This document shows, in pieces, positions 53,052-64,000 of a stretch of 64,000 nucleotides of DNA. Position 1 is the stretch's first letter. Every line of letters starts with the position of its first letter. The notes below the pieces were generated by a model. It had not been told where the DNA came from. It worked only from the letters and a program-made list of their open reading frames with translations, and searched no databases. The stretch is from the NCBI GenBank assembly GCA_963845755.1, contig CAWJTV010000039.1, forward strand, positions 32,001-96,000. Reading direction: 5' to 3'. A program made the translations under genes and the position numbers. This DNA is from an uncultured Planctomycetota bacterium (GTDB taxonomy: Bacteria; Planctomycetota; Planctomycetia; Isosphaerales; Isosphaeraceae).

Positions 53052-56000
53052 ATGTCGATCTCGGAATCGGGTCAGTATAACCTCCTGGATCAACTGGCCG
53101 AGGAATTCGCGGCGCGGTTCCGGCGCGGCGAACGGCCGGCGCTGAAGGAATACACCGATCGCTACCCGGAGCTGGCCGAGGAGATCCGCGAGCTGTTCCC
53201 GGCGATGGTCCAGGTCGAGCAGGCCGAGGGTGGCCGACAGGGCCAGGACCTGGATCAGACCGGCGACCTTCGGACCGCGAATCCACCCCTGAGCCAGATC
53301 GGCGACTACCGGATCCTCCGCGAGATCGGCCGGGGCGGCATGGGGGTCGTGTACGAGGCCGAGCAGATCTCGCTGGGCCGCCGCGTGGCGCTGAAGGTCC
53401 TGCCGCGGCAGGTGTCGGGTGACCGGATGATCCAGGAGCGGTTTCGCCGCGAGGCCCGGGCCGCGGCTCGACTCCATCACACCAATATCGTCCCGGTCTA
53501 CGAGGTCGGCCAGGATGGGGATGTCCGGTTCTATGCGATGCAGTTCATCCAGGGCCAGGGACTGGACCTGATCATCACCGAGCTGCGGCAGCTCCGCGAC
53601 CGGACCCGATCGGAGCCCAAGATCAAGGCGGCCTCCCCGGGCCAGTCGCTCCGGCCCCGCGGCGGGCGATCCGGCCAGGGTATCGAGGCTCCGACCGTCG
53701 CCGAAGGGGTCGAGGTCGGCGCGGTGTTGCAGTCGATTCTGACCGGTCGATTCGACCCTGACGGCCGGGGCCCGGAGCTGGCGGGGGCCTCGCCCTCGGT
53801 GCTGGCCAAGGCCCTTGCCGGCGTCGTCCCGACATCGAGCGGGACCGGGACGGAAAGCCGAGCACTCGAATTCGAGCTCGCCCTGACGAGCACCGAGACC
53901 GGGAGTGCGACTGCGGGCGACCGAACCGGCCCAAGATCGGAGCATCCGTCCCCACCCGCCTTGTCACCCTCGGCGCCGCCGTCGTCCAGCTCGGCAATTC
54001 TGCCCGGGGGTACGCAGCTCTCGTCGGTCGAGTCGGGCCGGAGCCGGTTCTTCCGCAGCCTGGCTCAGATCGGCCGGCAGGTCGCCGGCGGCCTCGCCTA
54101 CGCCCACGCGCGGCGGGATCGTCCACCGCGACATCAAGCCGTCGAACTTGCTCCTGGACACCGAAGGCGTGGTCTGGATCGCCGATTTCGGCCTGGCCAA
54201 GGGGGACGATGAGGGCCTGACGCAGAGCGGCGACATCCTGGGCACACTCCGCTACATGGCCCCCGAACGGTTCCGGGGCGAAGCGGATGCCCGGGCCGAC
54301 GTCTACGCGCTGGGTTTGACCCTCTACGAGCTGCTCACGCTCCGCGCGGGATTCGACTCGTCGGACCGGCTCAAGCTGATCGAGCTGATCAAGACCGAGG
54401 AGCCGCCGCGGCCTCGGGCCGTCGATGCCCGGATTCCGCGGGATCTGGAGACGATCGTCTTGAAGGCGATCGAGAAGGACCCGAAGGCGCGGTACCAGAC
54501 GGCCGAGGCGATGGGCGAGGACCTCGGGCGGTTCCTGGCCGACGAGCCGATCCGGGCCCGCCAGGTCAGCGCCCTCGAGCGCTACTGGCGGTGGGCCCGG
54601 CGCAACCCCGTGATCGCGGTGCTGGGCGGGGTGCTCACGGCGCTCTTGATCGCGACGACCGTGGGCTCGGTGGTGGCCGCCTCGTACTTCCGGAGTCTGG
54701 CCGGAAGTGAATCTCGCGCCAATCAGAAATCGCAAGAGGCTGAGCGACGGGCCACCCTCGAGCGCGACCATTCACGGCAGCAGTCCGCTGACCTGACGCT
54801 CGAGAAGGGATTCGCCCTGGGCCAGGAGGGCCACGCCGACCGGGGCTTGCTCTGGATGCTCGAGGCGCTCAAGACCGCTCCGGACGACGCGGAGGAATTT
54901 CGGCGAACGGTCCGCTGGAATCTGGGTGCGTGGCTCGGGCAGGTCCATAAGCCGCTCAGAATCATCGATCCCGGCAGTTTGCACAATCGCCTCGCCTTCA
55001 GCCCTGATGGAAGATCATTTGCGACGAGTTACCTTCCCAATAATCGTGCGAACGCGACACCAGTCGACCTCTGGGACACCGCCTCGGTCCGAAAGCTCTC
55101 AGCCTTTCCAGGTGTCTTTGGCCCGTTCGCCTTCCGACCGGATGGCAAAGTCCTCGTCGGCATCGCCGACAATTGGAGGCGCATGGTAGCCGTCGACCTG
55201 GCCACGGGGCGCGTGCTCTGGACGACTGCGGACTTACCCGGAGAGCCGAGGGAGAGTGCGATTCACTTCAGTCCCGACGGGTCCACGCTTCTCACGGAGC
55301 GCCTTTACGGTCCAAGCAGAGTTGGGTTAATTCGACTGGATGTCGTCACAGGCCAGCAGCGCGGGGAGCCGATGCGGGGCTGGGGATGTATCGCTGCTGC
55401 TCCCGACGGCAGAACGGCCGCTACCGGCCGTCTCGAGAAGGGCGAGGCGCACATTGATGTGCTAGATCTGCCCTCGGGACGGCTGACTGCATCCTGGCGA
55501 ATCGGCCGGCAAGCACCGCCGTCCTTGGTCTTTAGCTCCGACGGGAAGTCACTGTACGGGTCACTCTCAGAAGTCGAGGGCGTTGGCTACAATCAACACG
55601 GCTTCGGTCAGATCTGGGACGCAGTCACCGGACGACCGACAACTCGCCTCATGGCAGGCACCACCACGTACTTCCCCATTTACACCCCTGCGGGCGATCG
55701 TCTTCTGGCAGAGATTGAATTCAGGCAGTCCGTCCATGACGCCGCCACCGCGAGTGAAAGAGGCTCGAGGCTTCTTGTCGGAGGTCCCACGGCTTTGCAT
55801 CCGGACGGTCGTACGGTGCTTACCAACGCTTTTGACAAGAGCGCCCTGTTATGGCAAGTGTCGGCGGATGCGGAGCCGCTTGCCGACCTAGGAACCGGCA
55901 AGAAGGTAACGCCGACAGGGAGCGTAGCCAACCGCCGATGGCGTGGTCGCAATGTTTTCCGGTCAGGTCGGCTGCGGGCGGATGGCCAGATCGCCGTCTC

Positions 56001-58270
56001 GCTGGCCGATGGTGCGGATGGAAAGGAATTGATCCGATTATCGGATCCCGCAACCGGTCGCCCCATAGGAAGGCCCGCGCCGCACTACCCCGGCTGGATC
56101 GTTCGTGCAGTCGCCTTCAGCCCCGACGGTCGATGGTTCGCGACGGGGAGTAATCCGGAGACTCGCTACGCAAGCGAGCTCAGACTCTGGGACGCGAGCA
56201 CGGGCCGGTTGCGGTTTCCGCCGTTGCCGAACGCCAACTGGATCGCGGCACTGGCATTCCATCCCGATGGCAAGGTCGTGGCCGCGGGTGATTATGATGG
56301 ACTCGTCCGGTTCTGGGATACCTCGACCGGCCGGGAGCTCGGCCGGCCACTTCCTCAAGGAGAGATTGTCTTCAGCCTGGCTTACAGCCCGGACGGCACG
56401 ATGCTCGCGGTGGGTCTCGCCAGTGAGAAGGGCAAGACCGGCACCCAGCTCTGGGATACCCGGACGCGCCAACCCATCGGTGAATTACTGCCCGGCCCTG
56501 TCATCCGGATCGAATTCCGTCCGGATGGTCGGGCCCTGCTCGCGAGTGACGCTGCAGGCAGTGTCCAAACCCGCCTGTGGGACACGACGCGAGGGCAGGC
56601 GCTCGGCGACCCGATGGTTGAGGAGGCCCCCGAAGGATTCCGTCCCGACGGTCGTGCATTTCTGACTGCGGGTAAGGACGGCACGGTCAGGCTCCGCGAT
56701 GCGACCACCGGAGAGGTTCTCACCAAGCTCCTGACCGCCTCGTCGCCGGCCACGTGTGCGGTATTTCGCCGCGACGGCGGTCTGGTCGCCGCGGGGTTCG
56801 AGGACGGCGCGGTCCGGCTCTGTGACCCGGTTACCGCGGAGCCGGTCGGCCCGCCGCGGTTCATGAGACATGCCGTTCGTCAGGTCGTATTCACGTCCGA
56901 TGGCCGGACGGTCGCCGCCATCGACGATGTCGGCGAATCCCGCACCTGGCCCGTTCCCGAGCCGCTCCAGGCTTCGAGCTTGGGCGAGTTGACCCTGCGC
57001 ATCGAGGCCCGGACCGGCCTCCGGATGGACAAGGGACTGGCGATTTCCATGCTCAATGGTCCGGCCTGGCGCGAGCGGCTCGAAGAGCTCGGCCGCCTCG
57101 ATCCCGCCGCCGTAGAAGCTCGATGACGGCCCCGACTGGCACGAGCCGATGATCCGCGAGGCCGAGCAGAACGGCAACGCCTTCGCGGCGATCTGGCACC
57201 TCGACCGCCTGATCGCCGCCCGGCCCGATGACTGGCTCTTGGTCGCGCGCCGGGCCCGCGCGTGGTCCCTGTCCGACAAGTTCGACAAGTCCGCCGCCGA
57301 TTACCAGCAGGCCGAGCGGCTGGGCTCGCGGGAGCAGGTCCTGGACTTCCAGGCTCACTGCGCCAGCGAATGCACCACAGCCGGGCGGTGGGCCGAGGCC
57401 CTCTGGTACCTCGACCGCCTGATCGCCGCCCGGCCCGATGACTGGACGCAGCTTGAAGAACGTGCGGCGGTCTACGGCAAGCTCGGCCGCGAGGCCGACC
57501 GCCAGGCCGAGCTGGCACGCGTCTTCGAGCTGGGGGCCGATCAGGGAATCGTCATCCCCCGGGCCGAGGAGCTGGGCCGCGCCGGCCGCTGGGCCGAGGC
57601 CGCGGGCCTGCTGGCACGCTGCGCCCGGACCGGTCCGCTCAGCCGGGAGCTGGCCCAGGCCTGGGGCATCGCCTGCCTGAAGGCGGGCGACCGCGCTGGT
57701 TACCGCGAGGCCTGCGCAGCGGTCGTGGCGCGCGACTGGCCGGACCCGATCGTTGCCTGGGACGCAACGCTTGCAGGGTCGCTCCTGGCCCTGGGCGTCC
57801 AGGGCCTGGACGATTACCGCGTCCCGATCGCCTGGTTCGAGCGACGGCTGGCCGACGTTCCCGTGCCACCCCCCATCTATCGCCCTTACTACTTTCCGAA
57901 CGCATTGGGCGCGCTGCTCATCCGGGCCGGCCGGATCGACGAGGCGATCACCCGCCTGAACGAGGGAACGGCCGCCGCGACGGAGGCGAAGTTCCAGGAT
58001 TACCCCACCGATTGGGCCTACCTGGCCCTGGCCCACGCGCGAAAGGGAAACTTCGCCGAAGCCCGCCAGTGGCTCGACCGCCTCCGCACATTTCGTCCTG
58101 CTTCGTCGATCACCTCCTGGGACCTCCAGGAGCTCGCTCTCCTCCGGAGCGAGGCCGAGTCGCTGCTCTTCGATGCTGAGGTTCCGAGCGATCCGTTTCA
58201 GACTCGGGGGGCCGAGATGAACCGCTTCGCTTGGCCTCGTTTACTGTCCCGATGGGATCTGTTACATTAG
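53052..58270 (+). CDS. Ser/Thr protein kinase-TM-WD40-TPR protein, frameshifted (~54110, ~57120)
   Basis: Kinase motifs as in copy 1; [28 protein letters not shown]40 units; helical repeats W(H/Y)LDRLIAARPDDW x2 in ORF 57149-58270. Confidence 0.88.
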
Positions 58271-58331
58271 TGCACGCCAGAGGTTCAAGACGATCCTGTC
58301 AGCGAGGCCCGGTGACCGGGAAGGACCGCGA
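58260..58331 (+). pseudogene. Relic of the last ~24 codons of a third ECF sigma copy
   Basis: Translates CYISARQRFKTILSARPGDREGP versus sigma C-terminus RYIRALKKLKTILAAMPGGREGP; gapless and in the same position relative to the kinase start. Confidence 0.8.
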
Positions 58332-58334
58332 TCA

Positions 58335-61300
58335 GTGTCGATCTCGGAATCGGAGCGATATGACCTCCTGGATCGACTGGCTGAGGAATTCACCGATCGC
58401 TTCCGGCGCGGCGAACGTCCCACGCTGGAGGAATACACCGATCGCTGCCCGGAGCTGGCCGAGGAGATCCGCGAGCTGTTCCCGGCGATGGTCCAGGTCG
58501 AGCAGGCCGACGATCTGCGGCAAGGCGAGGAGAAGGAGACCCGGGATTCCTGGGCCGCGAATCCACCCCTGAGCCAGATCGGCGACTACCGGATTCTCCG
58601 CACGATCGGCCGGGGCGGGATGGGGGTTGTGTACGAGGCCGAGCAGATCTCGCTGGGCCGCCGCGTGGCGCTGAAGGTCCTGCCGCGGCAGGGGTCCAGC
58701 GACCAGATGGTCCTGGAGCGGTTCCGCCGCGAGGCCCGCGCCGCGGCAAGACTGCACCACACCAACATCGTGCCGATCTTCGAGATCGGCCAGGACGGAG
58801 ATGTCCGCTTTTACGCCATGCAGTTGATCCAGGGTCAGGGCCTGGACCTGGTCATCACCGAGCTGCGGCAACTTCGCGACCGGGCCGGATCCCTGCTCAA
58901 GATCAAGGCGGCCTCCTACAGCCAGTCGCTCCGGTCCCGCGGAGGGCAGTCCGGCCAGGGTGTCGATGGCCCGACACACGACGAAGGGGTCGAGGTCAGC
59001 GCGGTGTTGTGGTCGATTTTGACCGGTCGGTTCGAGCCTGACGGCCAGGGTCCTGAACAGGTGGAAGTCTCACCATCAATGCGGCCCCGCCCGCCCGCCG
59101 ACGGCCTCGCGACACCAACCCATACCGGGACCCACAAAGGCGCGGGCGAATCCGACCCGGCAGCGACGCGTCCCAAAGCTGAGAGCGCAGCCGAAGGCGA
59201 AGCAAACGGCCCACACCGGGCGCATCCGTCCGCCTCAATCTCGTCGTCGTCGGCCTCTGTGCCGTCCAGCTCGATGATCCTGCCCGGCGGTACCCAGCTC
59301 TCGTCCGTCGACTCGGGCCGGCGCCGGTTCTTCCGTAGCCTGGCTCAGATCGGCCGGCAGGTCGCCGGGGGCCTCGCCTACGCCCACGCGCGGGGGATCA
59401 TCCACCGCGACATCAAGCCGTCGAACTTGCTCCTGGACACCGAAGGCGTGGTCTGGATCACCGATTTCGGCCTGGCCAAGGGAGACGACGAGGGGCTGAC
59501 TCACACCGGCGACATCCTGGGCACACTCCGCTTCATGGCTCCCGAGCGGTTCCGGGGTCAGGGGGATGTTCGAGCCGACGTATACGCGCTGGGACTCACG
59601 CTCTACGAGCTACTCACGCTCCGACCGGCATTCGCCTCGCCGGACCGGCTCGTAATGATCGAGCAGATCAAGACCGAAGAGCCGCCACGGCCCCGGTCCG
59701 TGGATGGGCGGATCCCGCGGGACCTGGAGACGATCGTCTTGAAGGCGATCGAGAAGGATCCCAAAGCGCGGTACCCGTCGGCTGACGCGCTCGGCGAGGA
59801 CTTGCGGAGGTTCCTGGCCGGCGAGCCGATCCGGGCCCGCCAGGTCGGGGCCGCGGAGCGATACTGGCGGTGGGCCCGGCGCAACCCGGGGATCGCGGTG
59901 CTCGGCGGCGTGCTTACCGGAGTGCTGGTCCTCGCCACGGTCAGCTCCCTGGCGGCGATGCAGCGGTACCGGACCCTCGCCATTGCGCGCGAGGCCGAAC
60001 GAAAGGAAGCGGATCGCGCACGGGCGGAGGAAGTCGTGGCCCGCACGAAGGCCGACGAGGCCAACGCCAGCCTCTTGGGCACCCAGGAAGAGCTGCGCCG
60101 GACCGTGTACGCCACACGGTCCAACCTCGCCCTGGCCGCCTGGGACAACAACGACGTCGGCCGCCTTCGAAGTCTCTTGGATCTGTTGCAGCCAGCGCCG
60201 GGTGAGCCAGACCTTCGCGGCTGGGAGTGGCGCTATCTCTGGCAGCTCCTTCACGGCGATCGGCTCACACTCCAGGCCTACGACGGCAGGTTCAGTGACG
60301 TGGTGTTCAGTCCCGACGGGCAGACCCTCGCGGGCCTCGAGAGGAGCGGCCGCATCCGGTTCTGGGACCGCTGCACCGGTCAGTTACTGCAGACGGCGGG
60401 CGGCCCGACTCGGGGTCCATTTTCGGATCTAAGCCCGACGAGCGGCGTCAATGCGCTTGCCTTCAGCCCCGACGGCCGCCGTGTCGCCGGGCCGGGGCCA
60501 GACTCGGGCCTGGTGCTCTACGCCGTCGACACGGGCTTGCCCGTCTACCGCTTTGAGGGCGACCCCAGAGCGGTCATGAGGCTGGGGTGGAGCCCCGACG
60601 GGCGGACCTTAGTCGGCGCTCTCTCGTCACACACCCTGCGCGTGTGGGACGCCCGCAACGGCCAGATGATCCACCGGCGATTCGGTGGACACCAGGGCCC
60701 GGTTGCCGCCGTCGCGTTTTCCCCCGATGGCCGCACCATCGCCTCGGCCAGCTATGACCGCACGGTCAAACTCTGGAAACCCGAGGACCCAAAGCAGCCG
60801 CTCGCCACCCTGCGCGGGCACACCGACGAGGTCCGCGCCGTGGCTTTCAGCCCGGACGGCCAGCGGATCGCCTCGGCCGGGCTCGACCGGTCCCTTCGGG
60901 TCTGGAATGCCCAGTCGGGGGCACCGCTCGCCGTGATCTGGGGGCACCCCGGCGCGGTGTTGTCGCTGGCCTTCGGGCCCGACAGCAAAAGGGTCGTGAC
61001 GGCCTCCGCCGACGAGACGGTACGCGTCTGGGACACCACCTCGGGCCAGGAGCTTTGCACCTTCAGGGGGCACACCGGCGAGGTCGTCGCCGTCGCCTTC
61101 AGCCCCGACGGTAGGGACGTCGCCTCGGCGGGCGCCGACGGGACGGCGCGGGTCTGGGATGCCGCGAGCCCGCCTCGCCCCCGCAGCCTACGGAGCCCTC
61201 CTGTGCTGACTTACGCCGGAACCGTGGAAGGCCTGGCGTTTTCCCCCGACGGTCGCCGCCTGGTCTCTGGCCACGACGACGGCGCGCTGCGAGTCTGGGA

Positions 61301-62110
61301 ACTCCCATCGGGACGATTGCTCCAGATGATCCAAGGTCATACCAAAACCGTCGAATACCTCGTGTTCAGCTTCGACGGCCGCACGATTGCCTCCGGCGGC
61401 GCGGACAGCACGGTGCGGCTGTGGGACGCGGCCACCGGCCAGCCGCGGACCACCTTCACGGGACACACCGCCGAGATCAGTGGGCTGGTGTTCACACACG
61501 ACGGCCAGACCGTCATCTCGGGCAGCCATGACCGCACGATACAGGCCTGGGAGCCCGCGACCGGGGTCATCCGGTACGTCCTCCGCGGCCACTCCGATCG
61601 GATTCACGACCTGGCGATCAGCCCCGACGGGCGAACCCTCGCTTCAGCTAGCCGCGACAAGACATGCATCCTCTGGGATCTCCCGAACGTGCGCCCCGCG
61701 CGACTCTTCGAGGACACAAGGGTGAGGTCAACTCGGTTGCCTTTAGCCCGGACGGCCAGACCCTCGCGACGTCGTCTGACGACCGCACGGTGCGGCTTTG
61801 GGATGTCGCCGCCGGCTCAACCCGAGGCGTCCTGGAAGGGCACATCGACGAGGTCTACGCCCTCACTTTCAGCCCTGACGGCCGTCTCGCCTCGTCCGCT
61901 CTGGACAAGACCATCCGACTCTGGGACCCGGCCAGCCGGCAGACGTTGCTCATCCTCAAGGGGTACATGGGACGCCGCGAGTGCATCAAATTCAGCCCCG
62001 ACGGCAGAACCCTCGCCTCAGCAGGCAATGACCGCACCGTGAAGCTGTGGGAAGCCGCACCCGAGGCTGTCCTCGTCCCCGGATCCCCAAAACTCCGCAG
62101 TCTTCATTGA
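58335..62110 (+). CDS. Ser/Thr protein kinase-TM-WD40 repeat protein (frameshift ~61680)
   Basis: Kinase motifs, [12 protein letters not shown], and more than 10 canonical GH...AFSPDG...WD repeats. Confidence 0.92.
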
Positions 62111-62173
62111 ACGAGCCGCCCTCGCCGACCCGTGAAGCTAAGGGCGGAAAGCGTTCAACACCGAGGAGGGATC

Positions 62174-62400
62174 ATGAGCGAGCCGACTGTCGATTGCGAC
62201 CCCTTTGAGGTCGTCGCCGAGTCGTTCCGGGCGCGGTTCCGCTCCAGCCAGCGGCCCAGCGTCGAGGAGTTCGCCGCACGTTACCCCGAGCTGGCCCAAC
62301 AGATCCGCGACTGCTGCCGGCCTTGGTGATGGTCGAGCAGGACCTCGCATTTGACCCCGACGCCGGTCCCGATGGTGAGCCGCCCCGCCCCGATCCCTTC
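62174..62400 (+). pseudogene. N-terminal stub of a fourth kinase of the same family
   Basis: GAGGAG RBS; MSEPTVDCDPFEVVAESFRARFRSSQRPSVEEFAARYPELAQQIR..LVMVEQ matches the kinase N-terminal domain; no kinase motifs follow. End coordinate approximate. Confidence 0.7.
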
Positions 62401-62816
62401 CCGCAACCGTCCGGCGAGTCCGCGGCGCGGCTGGCCGCTGTCGTGCTTGCGGCTGGTCTGTGGCGCTACGGTTCCGGCACCTTCACGGCCCGAAACCCGC
62501 AGACCGGCCGCTTGAGCCCCAAGCGGCGAATCCTCGGGTTGCGGGAGCGTTCTCACTGAACTCGGCGGACGGGCACCGTCAGCGGCGCGGCCTGCGGTTT
62601 GTTGCGTCGCCGGACGCCCGATCGCGGCGACTTGCTCGAGAATGGGCCGCAAGCGGAGTCTGCAGACGGGACAAGATGTGAGGTGACAGCTGCTGAAAAC
62701 CTGCTGAAGATATTGCTCATATGACGCCGATGCACCTATAATGTGCAATTGTCTCCTTGCCGCTCTAAGTTGTTGGTAAGCAACGCTATTCCAACGTCAG
62801 CCCAATTCGACGTTGA

Positions 62817-62846
62817 TGGCAGAGGCGCCGGACTCAAAATCCGGTG
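62817..62846 (+). pseudogene. tRNA-Leu(CAA)-like fragment (D-loop 3' side plus anticodon arm)
   Basis: TGGCAGAGGCG-CCGGA-CTCAAAA-TCCGG-TG: perfect 5-bp stem and 7-nt loop with CAA; no acceptor stem or T-arm. Confidence 0.55.
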
Positions 62847-63438
62847 CTCGGCAGGCCGACCCGTGCGGGGGGGACAGGGGAAAAATAGGGGAAGGTATTG
62901 CCCGTGCGAGCCCAATCTTGGTTCGATGTGAAAGCCGTATGATTCTTGCGCATCCGGAGGGCCAGCAACGCGAATGCAACGTCGGACCAATATCTCCTCA
63001 ACGCTTTGCAGCTAGGTTCGAAATCCTAGCCTCCCATCGGCTCGGTCAGCAGGGGGGTGGCGGTCGAGTAGTCTCACCGCCTGGGTTTCAAGCGGGCGTC
63101 ACCTTCTGCGGTTTTTCTGCGAATACTCGCGATGTCAGCGAAATGTGATTACAAACTAACCAACAGGCTGGTTGGACATAACTACCTGAATTGAAAGGGA
63201 AACCAACGCGAGCCCAACCCCACAGCAACGTCAGTAGTGGCTAGACCGACTGGGTTCAGGTCCTATCGCGTGCACCAGGCACCTGGCAGAAGTTGATATG
63301 GAGAATCGCAGATCACTCAATCAGGTGAACGGACGATCCGCAGTACACTTGATCTGTTATGAATGGCGTGCAGAAAAGTGGGTTCCGGTGGGCGAAATCT
63401 AACCATCTAGTTGGCGTAAGCCATTGCTGCTAAAGTAA

Positions 63439-63509
63439 CTGGGGATCAAGGATTCGAACCTTGACTAAGTGATCCAGAGTCACTCGTGCTACCGTTACAC
63501 CAATCCCCA
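63439..63509 (-). tRNA. tRNA-Gln(CTG)
   Basis: Reverse complement TGGGGATTGGTGTAACGGTAGCACGAGTGACTCTGGATCACTTAGTCAAGGTTCGAATCCTTGATCCCCAG folds as a cloverleaf; anticodon CTG; CCA not encoded. Confidence 0.96.
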
Positions 63510-63599
63510 AGGAGAACTCGCGATCGGATTCGTTCGATGATGCCTACATCCTACGAGTTCCGGCGATTCCTTTCAAGTCGAGCGGGATGTCGTGCGGAC

Positions 63600-64000
63600 T
63601 CAGAGGCTGGGGTTGGAAAACTCGCGGAGCGGAAGTGTTACGGGGACCTGGTGGCGCGAGCTACGGGCGACGGCCTCGGTGAATTGCATGTAGCGGACCC
63701 CTGTGCGAAAGCTGGTATGCGTCACCGGGCGTTCGCCCCGAATCGCGGCGACGAAATCGGCCTCGACGTTCCAGCCGCCTCGCTGCGAGTCGGGGATCCG
63801 CAGCACGCGCAGCCCCTCGTCGCCACGCTGGGCACCGCGGATCTCGTCGCGAAGCAGGTCGTAGATGAGCGTCCCCTGACTCCCGTACAGCGCAATCGCC
63901 ATCGCGTTGTCCTGCCAGACCACGCTGCTGAGGCGATAGACACCGCAGGAGCCGTCTTCCTGCGAGGTTAATACCTGGACGCTGTCCGGAGTGCCGACCC
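63600..64000 (-). CDS. Gfo/Idh/MocA family oxidoreductase, C-terminal part (start outside window)
   Basis: IALYGSQGTLIYD...EADFVAAIRGERPV..TSF..G..YMQFTEAVARS resembles the family C-terminus. Confidence 0.7.
   Translation of the reverse strand, partial: VGTPDSVQVLTSQEDGSCGVYRLSSVVWQDNAMAIALYGSQGTLIYDLLRDEIRGAQRGDEGLRVLRIPDSQRGGWNVEADFVAAIRGERPVTHTSFRTGVRYMQFTEAVARSSRHQVPVTLPLREFSNPSL

Noticed and set aside
60250..62060. Periodic TTCAGCCCCGACGG repeats suggesting CRISPR or a tandem array
   Set aside because: They encode the FSPDG motif of WD40 repeats; no spacers or cas genes.
63040..63110. Hairpin containing TTCAA as possible tRNA-Sec, with TGA 49601 as a Sec codon
   Set aside because: No cloverleaf, wrong loop size, and the TGA sits at a non-catalytic WD40 position.
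63486..63971. Plus-strand 161-aa ORF
   Set aside because: Overlaps tRNA-Gln and is antisense to the oxidoreductase.

Overview
High-GC window, probably from a planctomycete (DUF1559 prepilin-type gene and ECF sigma/Ser-Thr kinase-WD40 units are typical of the phylum; this is an inference). Bases 1-42687 hold the right part of a large, single-strand, mostly translationally coupled cis-AT type I PKS/NRPS cluster, open at the left edge. It comprises a partial PKS (AT-KR-carrier), an NRPS (TubC-type docking domain-C-A[Gly]-PCP-TE with Cys nucleophile), an internally deleted cyclic-peptide ABC exporter, a type II TE, six one-module PKS genes and a stand-alone C domain. Next come an IS256/Mutator-like IS with 31-bp imperfect inverted repeats and a tandem array of ECF sigma / kinase-TM-WD40(-TPR) units (two complete, one with the sigma nearly deleted, one kinase stub) with a DUF1559+lipoprotein pair inside it. 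The window ends with a lower-GC stretch carrying tRNA-like fragments, tRNA-Gln(CTG) and the 3' end of a Gfo/Idh/MocA oxidoreductase. Nearly every long gene is split by 1-2 nt indels, most likely long-read consensus errors, so gene spans were stitched across frames by hand.
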